The position numbers and the translations under genes were made by a program. 64,000 bases of DNA from the human T2T-CHM13v2.0 reference genome, Homo sapiens: assembly GCF_009914755.1 (NCBI RefSeq), contig NC_060926.1, one strand, 5' to 3'. The notes beneath the pieces are model-generated. The model worked only from the letters and a program-made list of their open reading frames with translations, was not told the origin of the DNA and made no database searches. Shown piece after piece: positions 52,261 to 64,000 of this stretch (position 1 is the stretch's first letter; each line of letters begins with the position of its first letter).

Positions 52261-54094
52261 AGGACTCTGGCTTTTAGATGAAGGCTGAGAATTTGTTTCC
52301 TAAAATGTGCCTCACCGCAGGCTCCGCACTGTGATATCTGCGTTTATCGCTTCAAACATAGGAACAGTACAGCTAAGTAACAGCTGCCACTAAATCGTTA
52401 AAACTCAAGCCAAAGTGCTCTGTCATTCTTAAAACAGGTATTTTATACACAGAAGTGTAATTTCTGGTCCCCTCTATTAGTATTACTGGCTAATTCCTTC
52501 TGGAAATTGACTTATTTAGAACCAATGGTGGAAAGCGTGGAACAGAAAAACCAGCAGCTTGGCAGGTATGGTGTGGTTTACCCTTTAGCAATACAGTTTT
52601 CTCAACCAGACAAAAAAAAAGGGATGACATTAATGCTGAATATATTTACCAAAAGCTAAAATTAATCCTTTATCTTCTTTGCATATATGTGTATTTATAT
52701 TAAACTCAATGTTAGCACAAAGGCAAATACACTGAATAAAGTATTAATTTTTAAAGTGGTTGGTGCATATTTTTCTCCTAAAAATAATAAATACATGTGC
52801 AGTTTTTAGACTTATCAAAGTCTGCCAAACAGAAAGGAAGATGTTTGCATATTTCTCCACTATCAAAGGATTATCTCAACAACACCAAATGGGAGAGTGT
52901 GTAGCTCTCAAAGCGCCCACGAGCCTGTCATCTCCCACTTAAATATCTTCCCGTGAAACAGACAGAAGCATTTGAAAAGAGATCCTTCCACTGCCACTGT
53001 GAGTTGGATCGAATTCCCATACATTTGGGAGAGAAAAAAAAACTCAATTTTATCTGGATTTAAAAATCCAACGCTCACAGCACAGGCACAGTCAACATAA
53101 CATCTTTAAGCGCACCGTCTACACTGGCTGTGATTTCACTGCCCCTGTGGCCTACACCTGAGTCAGGCTGTTTATTCCCTCACCGGGAGCCGGACGGACT
53201 GTGCTGCCTCCAGCTGCTCTGGCTTAGAAATGTGCCAACAAGAGGAAAAATCGCCCAAAACGCCACCTTTAAGGGATCCTGAGAGAGCCATGGACCTTCA
53301 TGAAGAAACACTTTTCCCCAAAACAATAAAAAGGTATTGACCCATTGCTTTTTGTCATGAATGTTCTTTCAAAATGCTGCAGGAATGAAGCTCTGAGTAA
53401 CGGAATCCTGATATCAATTCTAACAGGAATAGCTAAATAGTTGAGGGTTTTCAAAATCAATGGGAAAAATTTATAAGATGAGAATCTTGTTACAAAGAAA
53501 AAAAAATAGGGATCTAAATGTTGAGAAACATTGGAAGGTCTCGCAGTCCAAAACCTCGACATCAGAACTGACTGAACATTTGTACAAAGTGAAGTTCCAG
53601 GAGCTGCCCCTTTAGAAAGGCGTCCTCCCTCCCGGAGGAGCTGTCTCCACACTGCACCCTAATGCCGGCCTTCCCCAGCGCCTGTCTCTGCCAGAAGCCT
53701 CTCCTTCACAGCACTGCACCTTTGCAGCCTGCACCCACCCTCTCCCCTGGACCCCCACCCACACCCTCCACCCTCTCCCCTCCATGGCACTGGACCGTTC
53801 CTCTGGCCCTCAAGGTCCCCTGCTCACCTGCCCCCTCCACACCAGCCCCCGGCTCTGGGGCAGGAGCACGATTGTTCATTGATGTGTCTGGGACCACTGA
53901 CCACATCTGACGCACAGTGCCACCAGGCGTCGCCAAGCATCCCCAAGCACCTGCGGAGTGCTCATCCCTCAGGGACTTGTTTCCTTACCTGTTACAGGAG
54001 ACCCAAGAAACTTCAACAGTCCTGAGATTCCATTAGAAACATTTCCCTAAAAGGGGGCACGTGGGGGTTCTGAGAGTCCCATCATCAGTTACTG

Positions 54095-54765
54095 GAGCCC
54101 CCACCTTATTCCTCAGCCCCCCACCTTATTCCTCAGCCCCCACCTTATTCCTCAGCCCCCACCTTATTCCTCAGCCCCCACCTTATTCCTCAGCCCCCAC
54201 CTTATTCCTCAGCTCCCACCTTATTCCTCAGCCCCCACCTTATTCCTCAGCCCCCACCTTATTCCTCAGCCCCCACCTTATTCCTCAGCCCCCCACCTTA
54301 TTCCTCAGCCCCCACCTTATTCCTCAGCCCCCCCATTCCTCAGCCCCCCACCTTATTCCTCAGCCCCCCCCTTATTCCTCAGCCCCCCCCTTATTCCTCA
54401 GCCCCCCCCTTATTCCTCAGCCCCCACCTTATTCCTCAGCCCCCACCTTATTCCTCAGCCCCCCCCTTATTCCTCAGCCCCCACCTTATTCCTCAGCCCC
54501 CCCCTTATTCCTCAGCCCCCACCTTATTCCTCAGCCCCCACCTTATTCCTCAGCCCCCCCCTTATTCCTCAGCCCCCCCCTTATTCCTCAGCCCCCACCT
54601 TATTCCTCAGCCCCCACCTTATTCCTCAGCCCCCCCCTTATTCCTCAGCCCCCCCCTTATTCCTCAGCCCCCCACCTTATTCCTCAGCCCCCACCTTATT
54701 CCTCAGCCCCCCACCTTATTCCTCAGCCCCCCACCTTATTCCTCAGCCCCCCACCTTATTCCTCA
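54095..54765. repeat. C-rich minisatellite, 19-20 bp unit, ~34 copies
   Basis: Unit CCTTATTCCTCAGCCCCCA with variable C-run length. Confidence 0.98.
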
Positions 54766-57079
54766 GGGCAGAAATGAAAACATGGTTTTCCATTTCCCTT
54801 TTTGTTACTCAGGTCACATAACAATCACTTATATGGCAAAATTTCAGATGCAATTAGAGAGTTTTCAATACTTCCCCCATTGAATTTCAGATTGGTGAGG
54901 TTTTTGTTCAAATTTTCCCTCAAAATTAGTTGTTTAAAGATTTGCGCTAGCTTGGTACACTCACATGTCCAAACATTTACAGGAATGTCTGTGCATTCCT
55001 GCGCTCTCTTGAGAGAGAAGCAACGAAGAACCTGAACGATAGAAATTAACATGCACATGTAAAAGAAACCGGCATCTTTATGCCACGCTCAGAACGCTGG
55101 AGGAGCCTGGATTGTCACCTGTAACTCAACAAACCTCACTCCTTCCTGGGAAAAGCGTCTCCAAATGGCACCAGCATGGGACCAATCGCTCAGGTGCAAA
55201 AAAAAAAAAAAAAAAAAAATACGACTTTCCCTGCACACCCCACCTGCAGGTGCCATTGACTGCTTCATTCAGACAATCCCCCGATCCAGCCCGCCTCATG
55301 GCTCCACCAGCCCAGGGCACCCTCCTCACAGCTACCTGGACCAGGTGGAGCCTCCCTGAGGGTCTCTGTTTCCTACACACACGCGCGCAGGAACCCAGGT
55401 GAGTGAACGTGAAGTGTGGTTTGAATTGTGCCACTCGAGTGCTCAAGCCCCTCCCAGAGTTCTCCGAGACATCAGCCCCTTCACACCCCCCACGCCTCCC
55501 CCTTCTCGGCTTCCACTCCTCGCCGTGGCGGCTGCTGAACCTCCCTTCTCCCACCCCCGGGCGTGTTCTTCCCACTGTTACTGAGGGGCCAGCTCCCTGG
55601 ATTCTCAGGTTTCCTCTCCTCCAACATCCCAAGCACTGAATGGGAGTTTGAGACACTTAAATGCTCTCCAAGCCAGGCATGCAGGCAGCTGTGTGTCTCA
55701 CCCACACGCTGACATAACTGATGAGGGCCAGGACATCAGCCGAGACAGCGGGTGCACGGAAACCCACGAGAAAATGCTGGGCTTTCCTCCAAGTGTGAAA
55801 CCCTGGATGCGTTCTGAAATCCCCAAGGATGCTGAGAGCCACAGACGTGTAGACGGAAAGAAATCAAACCATTCGCGTTGCTGATGGTGGGAGGAAGTGC
55901 GCTGCAGCCCGCACCTGCCTCCCCTGATGCCGATAGCAGGACCGGCACCCTCGTTCTCTGCAGTCACACTCCCCATGTGAAAGCGTCTCCTGTGTTCTTT
56001 CTTCCAGGATGCCATTTTCAGGCCGGCTCCTGCACAGGCAGTGCGGTGTGGTCACTGTGCTCCACTGATCCACTGAACGGGGTTTTATAAAAAGGGCGTG
56101 CGACTCAGGTGGGCAATGACCTGGCATCCCAGCCTCCAGGAAGAGCCCTTCTCCGTGTTTCAACACCCGAGCGATACAGGGATGGAGCGATGCCACTCTC
56201 TTTGGATGTTCTCCCCATGTTTCTTCTGCTGTAGAGTTTGTCACAAAGTCCCCAGTACCCTTTGGGAATAAGGTAACTCTGCCGTCTGCACCCCATCTAT
56301 CCCTCAAAGCTTCAGCCAAAGGGAACATCCTCTGAGGAGTCTCCCCCAACGTCCACTCCCAGGGGGACAGCGGCCTCGAGCGTCCAGCCTGCAAAGGCGT
56401 CCCCACCCCACCACAGCCACTGGTGGCCAAGGATGCTTCAGTGGTGATGAGTGCCTGGGGAGACAGGGTCTCAGTAAACACCTGTTGAATATAACTCAAC
56501 ACAGTGCAGGTGCAGAGGCCCACACCTCCCCAGCCCTCCACCTCCCTCCCTCCCTCGATTCCTTCCTTCCTCCCTCCACCTTCTCTCTCCTTCCTGCCAC
56601 TTGTCCCTTTGCTTCCTTTCTCCTCTCCTACGGACACCAGGACCCAGTTGTTCAACAGCAGAAGGGAACTCCACCTTCTGACTTTTCCACACAACACAGC
56701 TCCTGCATCTCAGAGCTCCAACTCCATCAAAGGCCTCAAGAAAGGAGCTCGGGGTGGCCAGGGTGCTCCTGCTCCAGGCATGCCAGATGGTTTGCCAACA
56801 AACAGGATCTTTCAAACTTTCAAACCCCACTCCCTCATCTTAGAAATGACTGCACTTCACCTGGGCTACCTGCCCTGTTTCAGGGCAGTTGCAGAGCTGG
56901 TCACCAGGTCATGAACCTGAGCTTTGCCTTCATTTAACCTCTGGGAGCATCAGGTCCCTTTACTGCAAATGTGGATAAGAGCCATTCCTACTCAGGTCAG
57001 GGTTAATCATCACAAAACCCTTTGGAAATTTCCCATTGTTCAAGAGAAATTGGACCAAGCCAGTCAAGTGCACTAGGCT

Positions 57080-57238
57080 ACACGAGACCACTAAGTGGAC
57101 CAGGCTTATGCGAGATCACTGCAGCAGAGGAGAGAGGTGGATCAGGCTGTGTGAGACCACTGCAGTGGAGAAGAGAGGTGGATCAGGCTGTGTGAGACCA
57201 CTGCAGCAGAGGAGAGGTGGATTAGGCTATGGGAGACC
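57080..57238. repeat. Short minisatellite, ~41 bp unit, ~4 copies
   Basis: GAGACCACTGCAGCAGAGGAGAGAGGTGGATCAGGCTGTGT. Confidence 0.85.
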
Positions 57239-57705
57239 TCACCCCCCCCCCAGCCCCCACTGCCCCCAGTCGTCCTTCCCTGGTGCGCAGCCCAGGCCTG
57301 TGGGTCCAGCCTCACCCCCACCCTGCCCCCCAGCCGTCCTTCCCTGGTACACAGCTGGGGCCTGCAGGTCCAGCCTCACCCTTCCTGCCCCCAGCCATCC
57401 TTCCCTGATACACAGCTGGGGCTTGTGGGTCTAGCCTCACCCTCCCTGCCCACAGCCATCCTTCCCTGGTGCAAAGCCCAGGCCTGCGGGTCCAGCCTCA
57501 CCCTCCCTGCCCCCAGCCATCCTTCCCTGGTGCAAAACCCAGGCCTGCAGGTCCAGCCTCACCCTCCCTGCCCCCAGCCATCCTTCCCTGGTGCACAGCC
57601 CGGGCCTGGGGGTCTAGCCTCGCCCTCCCTGCCCCCAGCCATCCTTCCCTGGTGCACAGCCCAGGCCTGCGGGTCCAGCCACACCCTCCCTGCCCCAGGC
57701 GTCCT
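57237..57705. repeat. GC-rich minisatellite, 61 bp unit, ~7.5 copies
   Basis: Unit CAGCCTCACCCTCCCTGCCCCCAGCCATCCTTCCCTGGTGCACAGCCCAGGCCTGCGGGTC. Confidence 0.95.
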
Positions 57706-58224
57706 CAGTTCCCGTCTGAGCTCAGTGTCCTGTCTCTGCTGTGAAGCTGTGTGGCCATCGGCAAGGCCATGTGGGGACTGAGAGTGGAAGTGGCTGCCAT
57801 TCCCAGTTGAGGGCCAGACGCTCAGGCCGACCCTCACCCCGAGAGCCCTGGTGGGTTCTTCTGGGTCCTTAAGTGGAATCCCAGACTGTCCCCAGCATTC
57901 AGGTCACTTGCTGATTTTACTTGTTAAACTCATGGCTGCCTTTTGAAACTAGGCCTGTTGTTTCTTTTCCAGTGAAGAGAAGCCAGCGTAGGGTAGGGAG
58001 AGAAGAGACGCCTCAGGGGTGAGGCAGGTACCAGAGAGTGTGCAGGACCCCAGGAGCCCCGTGCAGCCCCGGCCCTCGTGGGCTGATGTGAGAGTCAGGA
58101 AGGGTCTGAGGTTAAGGAGCGAGGGGCCCCAGCCTCCAGGCCTAGGGATGCAGGTGTGACAACACCAGCCAGCTCCAAAGCCTGGGGGCCAGGTAGGTGG
58201 CGTGACCGTGAGACGGTCCAGTGC

Positions 58225-58672
58225 CTGTGTGTGGCTCCCACCAATGCCCACTTCCTAATTTCCCAGACTAGTGGCTTTGTCACTGACACAGACAAGGGCC
58301 AGAGGCAGGCGTGGCAAAGATTACGGCGCTGAGGTGGGAGATGACCCTGAGGGTCCCAGCAGGCCCAATGCAACCACACGAGCCCTTGAAGGCAGAGGTC
58401 AGCTGCAATCGGAGCAATGGGGATGGGGATGTGGCTGACTTTCAAGGAGAGGAGGGGCTGTGAGTCCAGCAGGTAGCTGGCCACGGACCCAGGGGGAAGC
58501 AGGAAGAGCCACTCCCCAAGCCACCAGGTGGCCCTGCCCACACCTGGATTCATTTAACCCCATGAGACCGTGTCGGACTCCTGCCCTCCGGAATTGCCAG
58601 CTAATACAGTTGTGTTGTTCAAACCACTGAAGTTCATGGTCAGATGTTATGACAGCAGAAATAGCCTGATAC
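58225..58672 (+). mobile_element. MLT1C/D-like MaLR LTR
   Basis: GAGGTGGGAGATGACCCTG...GGCCCAATGCAACCACA...TTGTTCAAACCACTGAAGTTCATGGT...GACAGCAG...TGATACA end. Confidence 0.8.
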
Positions 58673-61600
58673 ACTGTGAGAAAGTGGAGAGCACACGACG
58701 CCTCGGGAAAACACCTCCTTGGCTGGGTTTTGCTAAAGCAAAAATAGAAATCCAATTTAGTCATGAACTTACAGTTTTGAGAGAAGCCATAAATATAAAT
58801 TTTATATGAAATACTACAATTTTTAAATGCTGGGGGAAAGCTTTAGGATAAATTAGTCATGATAAGAATCAAACTAAACACATTTGCAGGTAGACTCTTC
58901 TGACAGGCCATTGCTTATCAAAACCAGTCAGTCTTCTGACACTGGTTTCAACCTCTGTATCACTCCTGGATTTTTCTCCTCTCAGGAGACACTATTTTCA
59001 TTTAAATGCACATAGAGCCTCCTCTATGAAGCACTTCTTTTTGTAACTGGGCATAGCTGTCCAGGAACTGGAAGCTCTCTTAGAGAAGGTTCTAATGTCC
59101 CAGGAATTAAAATACTTATCACACTTCGAAGAATATTTAGGAGCAATCGCAGGGGTCTGAGGCGGTGTGTGCTGTTTATGGGAGGAGGGCAGGGCAGAGC
59201 CTCCGGGAGGCTGCAGAAAGGAGAAGTCGTCGGAACTCCAAGCATCAGGTGAGCCGCGGCTGGAAAGAAATGCGGATCCCAGATCTTACGGATGCATCTA
59301 CTTGAAGACACTCACCTAACACGTTTTAGTAAGCATACTGATCAGAACTGATTTAAACGGGTAACATTTTGAGTAATTATCACATCTGGCAGATGTCATA
59401 TTGCTCATGCCCCTGAAGATGAGCCAGCATTCTCTTCCTGCACACAGCATCCCTCCCCGGGATCTCTTCGCCTCCCTGAGGGCAGTTGCTGTTTAGATAA
59501 ACACCTACATGCTTTGAGGCCTAAACACACATACGCTGGAAATGACCTGCTTCCAACCTGTCCACCTATTCTCTTGACCTACTGGCATTAACAATCACTG
59601 AATTTTCACTACTGTGGAGCAGGGTCATGAATTAAACCCTTGGCAGGAGCCAGCGTTTACTTTAGGTCCAGCCCTGCTCTGCAAATCACAAAGGCTGCAG
59701 CAATCCTGAGCCATTTCCTGGTTACCTGCGGTTGATTTCCAGCTGGAAACGCATCTCAGCTCAAAGTTCCCATCTTTCCCATTCCTCACTCTCTCCGCAG
59801 TCTCTCTATTTTTCTCCTGGGCCAGTGAACAAGGCTATTCCCATCCCAGGAGGGAGAACCTCATGGCCTCTGCCCCTCCCCCGTCTCTCCCTGTGGTTGG
59901 TGGGAAGAAGAGGGAAGTCACACTCACCCAGCCCCTCCCTGCATCCTCCACAGTCCCCTGGGGCGGCCTCACTACTGACATCATCAACGTCGCTCCAGCC
60001 GGGACCGAGGCCGCACGCACAACCTCAGCGGAGCTTCTCCCCTTCATCCACGATGTCTACATTTTAGATTGTTTGATTTTAGCCACACATTAATTTTTGG
60101 CAAGTTCTTGCTAGATAGCCTAATAAATTAGAACTGATAAAACCTGAGGTGTTCTGACTAAAACCTGAGGTGACTGATGCTAGGTGGTGGGAAGATGCGT
60201 CTTCTCCCCAGAGTCCCCACCGCAATGGGGACCTGAGGCTGCTGCGTCTTCTCCCCAGAGTTTCCACCACAATGGGGACCTGAGGCTGCACAGGTCCCCT
60301 CAGGCCCCATACCCTGACACCCACCTGTCCACCTTCCTCTCTGCCTCCAGCCCTTTCCTCTCTGCTCTCTAGGATCTCCACTTAAGATTCTCCAGTTAGC
60401 ATTCTTCCTCCAGAACAACCTTCCCTGGCAACTCCTCGCTCTTCCCAAGACCACCTTAGGGACCTTCGTACACAGCTCTCCGGGAGGGAGCTCCCAGCAG
60501 GCAGCAGCTGAAGGCCTGGCAATCCTCCCATTCTCTCACCCACAGGCCCCAGACACTGCAGGGTGAGAACTTGTGATTATCTTCACTTGGATCCCAAACC
60601 CTCAGCAAAATGGTTAGTGCCTAACAGGCGCTTTTGAAAGAGGAGTGAGCAGATAAAGAAAGGAATGTGTTTACTAAGGAAAGAGCCTGGTGTGTCTGCA
60701 GGTCACACACCCCAAAGTGCCACAATCTGTCTCTGGTGGAGGCTTCGACGGTGTGTTCTTCAAGTTCATTTACCAGGATTCCTCTGGCATTTTATTGGCC
60801 CTATTTCATGAGTAGTGAAACATGAAATAAAATGTCTATTTCATGAGTAGTGAAACATGAAATAAAATGTGAAATGGACAGGAGATGTTGTGGGGCCCGC
60901 CCTCCCCACCTGCAGGGACCTCTCATCCCAGGCCTGTTTCACGGGGAAGCCCTGACAACAGTTATGCCACTAAGACGCAGCACGTAGGCGTGCCGTCCAG
61001 CTCAGGGATTCAAAGCGTGTGACATACGGCACTGTCACTGTGCGAGCACCTCTCACTTGTAACTGGATTCACATGCATCTATGAAGACTGTCTCCACTCA
61101 GCACAAAAACTGCACTTTTTATTTATCCATGTATTGCCCCTTTTTCCACAGAATCTTTTTTCCTGTTTCAATGAGCACTAGTTGCTGTTAAAATGAAGGT
61201 CAAATGCATCTTTCCTAATGTTTTCATTAAACTTAAACATGTGGTGCAGAGTGTCCACAATTTAAAATTATGTGAAACCAATTTCCCTAGATACTGACTT
61301 TAACTTGAAAGAAGAGAGCTCACCCCATTTGATTTTCATGCAGGAAATGGAATTGAGAGATCAGGTACTCCCCAGTAATTGCTTTCCAAAGCAGCTGTGA
61401 GAAGCACCCCCGAGTGTGGAGAATAATTCTCAATGCACACAGCTACTCTCAAATCAAATACTGATCAGGTTGCAAAAACTAATTTTGAGTCCAACTCTAT
61501 TCCTAAATAAAAAGAAGAGCGTTCACATGTGTCAGAATTTTGGCAGCGTATGCTCCTTCAGTCTGGGAGCTGATAAATCTCACCTGGTCAAGTGGGAGCC

Positions 61601-61693
61601 TCTGGTGTCTGAGACGGCAATGGGTGCGCCCTTTGTCTAGACGGCAGGAGCAGGAGCCAAGATTTAAACGTCAGTGCCTCGATCCAATTTCCA

Positions 61694-62792
61694 TGTAAAT
61701 ACACTGCCTGCGAGGTGCGTGGACTCGGGAGCTCTGACGTAAACGCGCTGCCTGCGAGGTCGGTGGACTCGGGAGCTCTGAGGTAAACGTACTGCCTGCG
61801 AGGTGCGTGGACTCGGGAGCTCTGACGTAAACGCGCTGCCTGCGAGGTCCATGGACTCGGGCGCTCTGACGTAAACGCGCTGCCTGCGAGGTCCGTGGAC
61901 TCGGGCGCTCTGATGTAAACGCGCTGCCTGTGAGGTCCGTGGACTCGGGCGCTCTGACGTAAACGCGCTGCCTGCGAGGTGCGTGGACTCGGGAGCTCTG
62001 ACGTAAACGCGCTGCCTGCGAGGTGCGTGGACTCGGGAGCTCTGATGTAAACGCGCTGCCTGCGAGGTGTGTGGACTCGGGAGCTCTCACGTAAACGCGC
62101 TGCCTGCGAGGTCGGTGGACTCGGGAGCTCTGAGGTAAACGCGCTGCCTGCGAGGTGCGTGGACTCGGGCGCTCTGACGTAAACGCGCTGCCTGCGAGGT
62201 CGGTGGACTCGGGAGCTCTGAGGTAAACGCGCTGCCTGCAAGGTGCTGTGGACTCGGGCGCTCTGACGTAAACGCGCTGCCTGCGAGGTCGTGGACTCGG
62301 GAGCTCTGAGGTAAACGCGCTGCCTGCGAGGTGCGTGGACTCGGGAGCTCTGACGTAAACGCGCTGCCTGCGAGGTCCGTGGACTCGGGAGCTCTGATGT
62401 AAACGCGCTGCCTGCGAGGTGCGTGGACTCGGGAGCTCTCACGTAAACGCGCTGCCTGCGAGGTGCGTGGACTCGGGAGCTCTGAGGTAAACGCGCTGCC
62501 TGCGAGATGCGTGGACTCGGGCGCTCTGACGTAAACGCGCTGCCTGCGAGGTGCGTGGACTCGGGAGCTCTCACGTAAACGCGCTGCCTGCGAGGTCGGT
62601 GGACTCGGGAGCTCTGAGGTAAACGCGCTGCCTGCGAGGTGCGTGGACTCGGGCGCTCTGACGTAAACGCGCTGCCTGCGAGGTCGGTGGACTCGGGAGC
62701 TCTGAGGTAAATGCGCTGCCTGCGAGGTGCGTGGACTCGGGAGCTCTGACGTAAACGCGCTGCCTGCGGGGTGTGTGGACTCGGGAACTCTG
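61694..62792. repeat. CpG-dense minisatellite, 44 bp unit, ~25 copies
   Basis: Unit GTAAACGCGCTGCCTGCGAGGTGCGTGGACTCGGGAGCTCTGAC, about six CpGs per unit. Confidence 0.98.
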
Positions 62793-62834
62793 CAGCTTCT
62801 TTCAGCTCCAGTTTCCTTGTTGACAAATGAAATG

Positions 62835-63870
<1,036 letters not shown>

Positions 63871-64000
63871 CTATAGAAGCAGTCTTTCTGCAGCCCCAGG
63901 TCCTGCTCACTCATGTCCTCATCCAGAAAACATTCTGGAGCAGCCACTTCGTGTCTGCACGGTGCAGGCAGGGGTGCAGCTAGGGTGCAGGTGTGCAAGG

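Noticed and set aside
54061-54777. 238-aa proline-rich (extensin-like) ORF
   Set aside because: It is a product of the C-rich 19-20 bp repeat; the frame depends on variable C-run lengths.
55864-56937. 277-aa minus-strand ORF and overlapping ORFs
   Set aside because: No recognisable domain, a low-complexity purine/pyrimidine tract, and a length plausible by chance in GC-rich DNA.
63955-64000. GGTGCAG-rich tail possibly starting another VNTR
   Set aside because: It is truncated by the window edge, so the unit cannot be defined.

Overview
Primate (human-like) genomic DNA with no recognisable intact protein-coding gene. The window is a GC-mosaic, subtelomere-like region made of interspersed repeats (Alu, L1, MaLR and ERV1 LTRs, an env-bearing MER50-type provirus remnant, Tigger/MER44/MER58 elements and a ~1.9 kb hAT transposase fossil) plus about ten minisatellites/VNTRs and about a dozen two-copy tandem duplications. 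The long ORFs in the track come from VNTRs or transposons. The most notable signal is that several VNTR units are multimerised regulatory motifs: ~23 perfect RBPJ/CSL sites fused to an N-box and a kB-like site (42.4-43.6 kb), 12 metal-response elements (13.5-14.0 kb), PRDM9 13-mers (57.3-57.7 kb) and CRE-like sites in a CpG-dense array (61.7-62.8 kb). Other signals are an unexplained inverted repeat whose transition mismatches all read as G-U pairs on the + strand (44.6/45.2 kb) and a few well-formed + strand splice-site pairs that suggest an unannotated or non-coding transcript. Repeat subfamily names come from recalled consensus sequences, not a database search, and boundaries are approximate. 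The chromosomal locus could not be identified.
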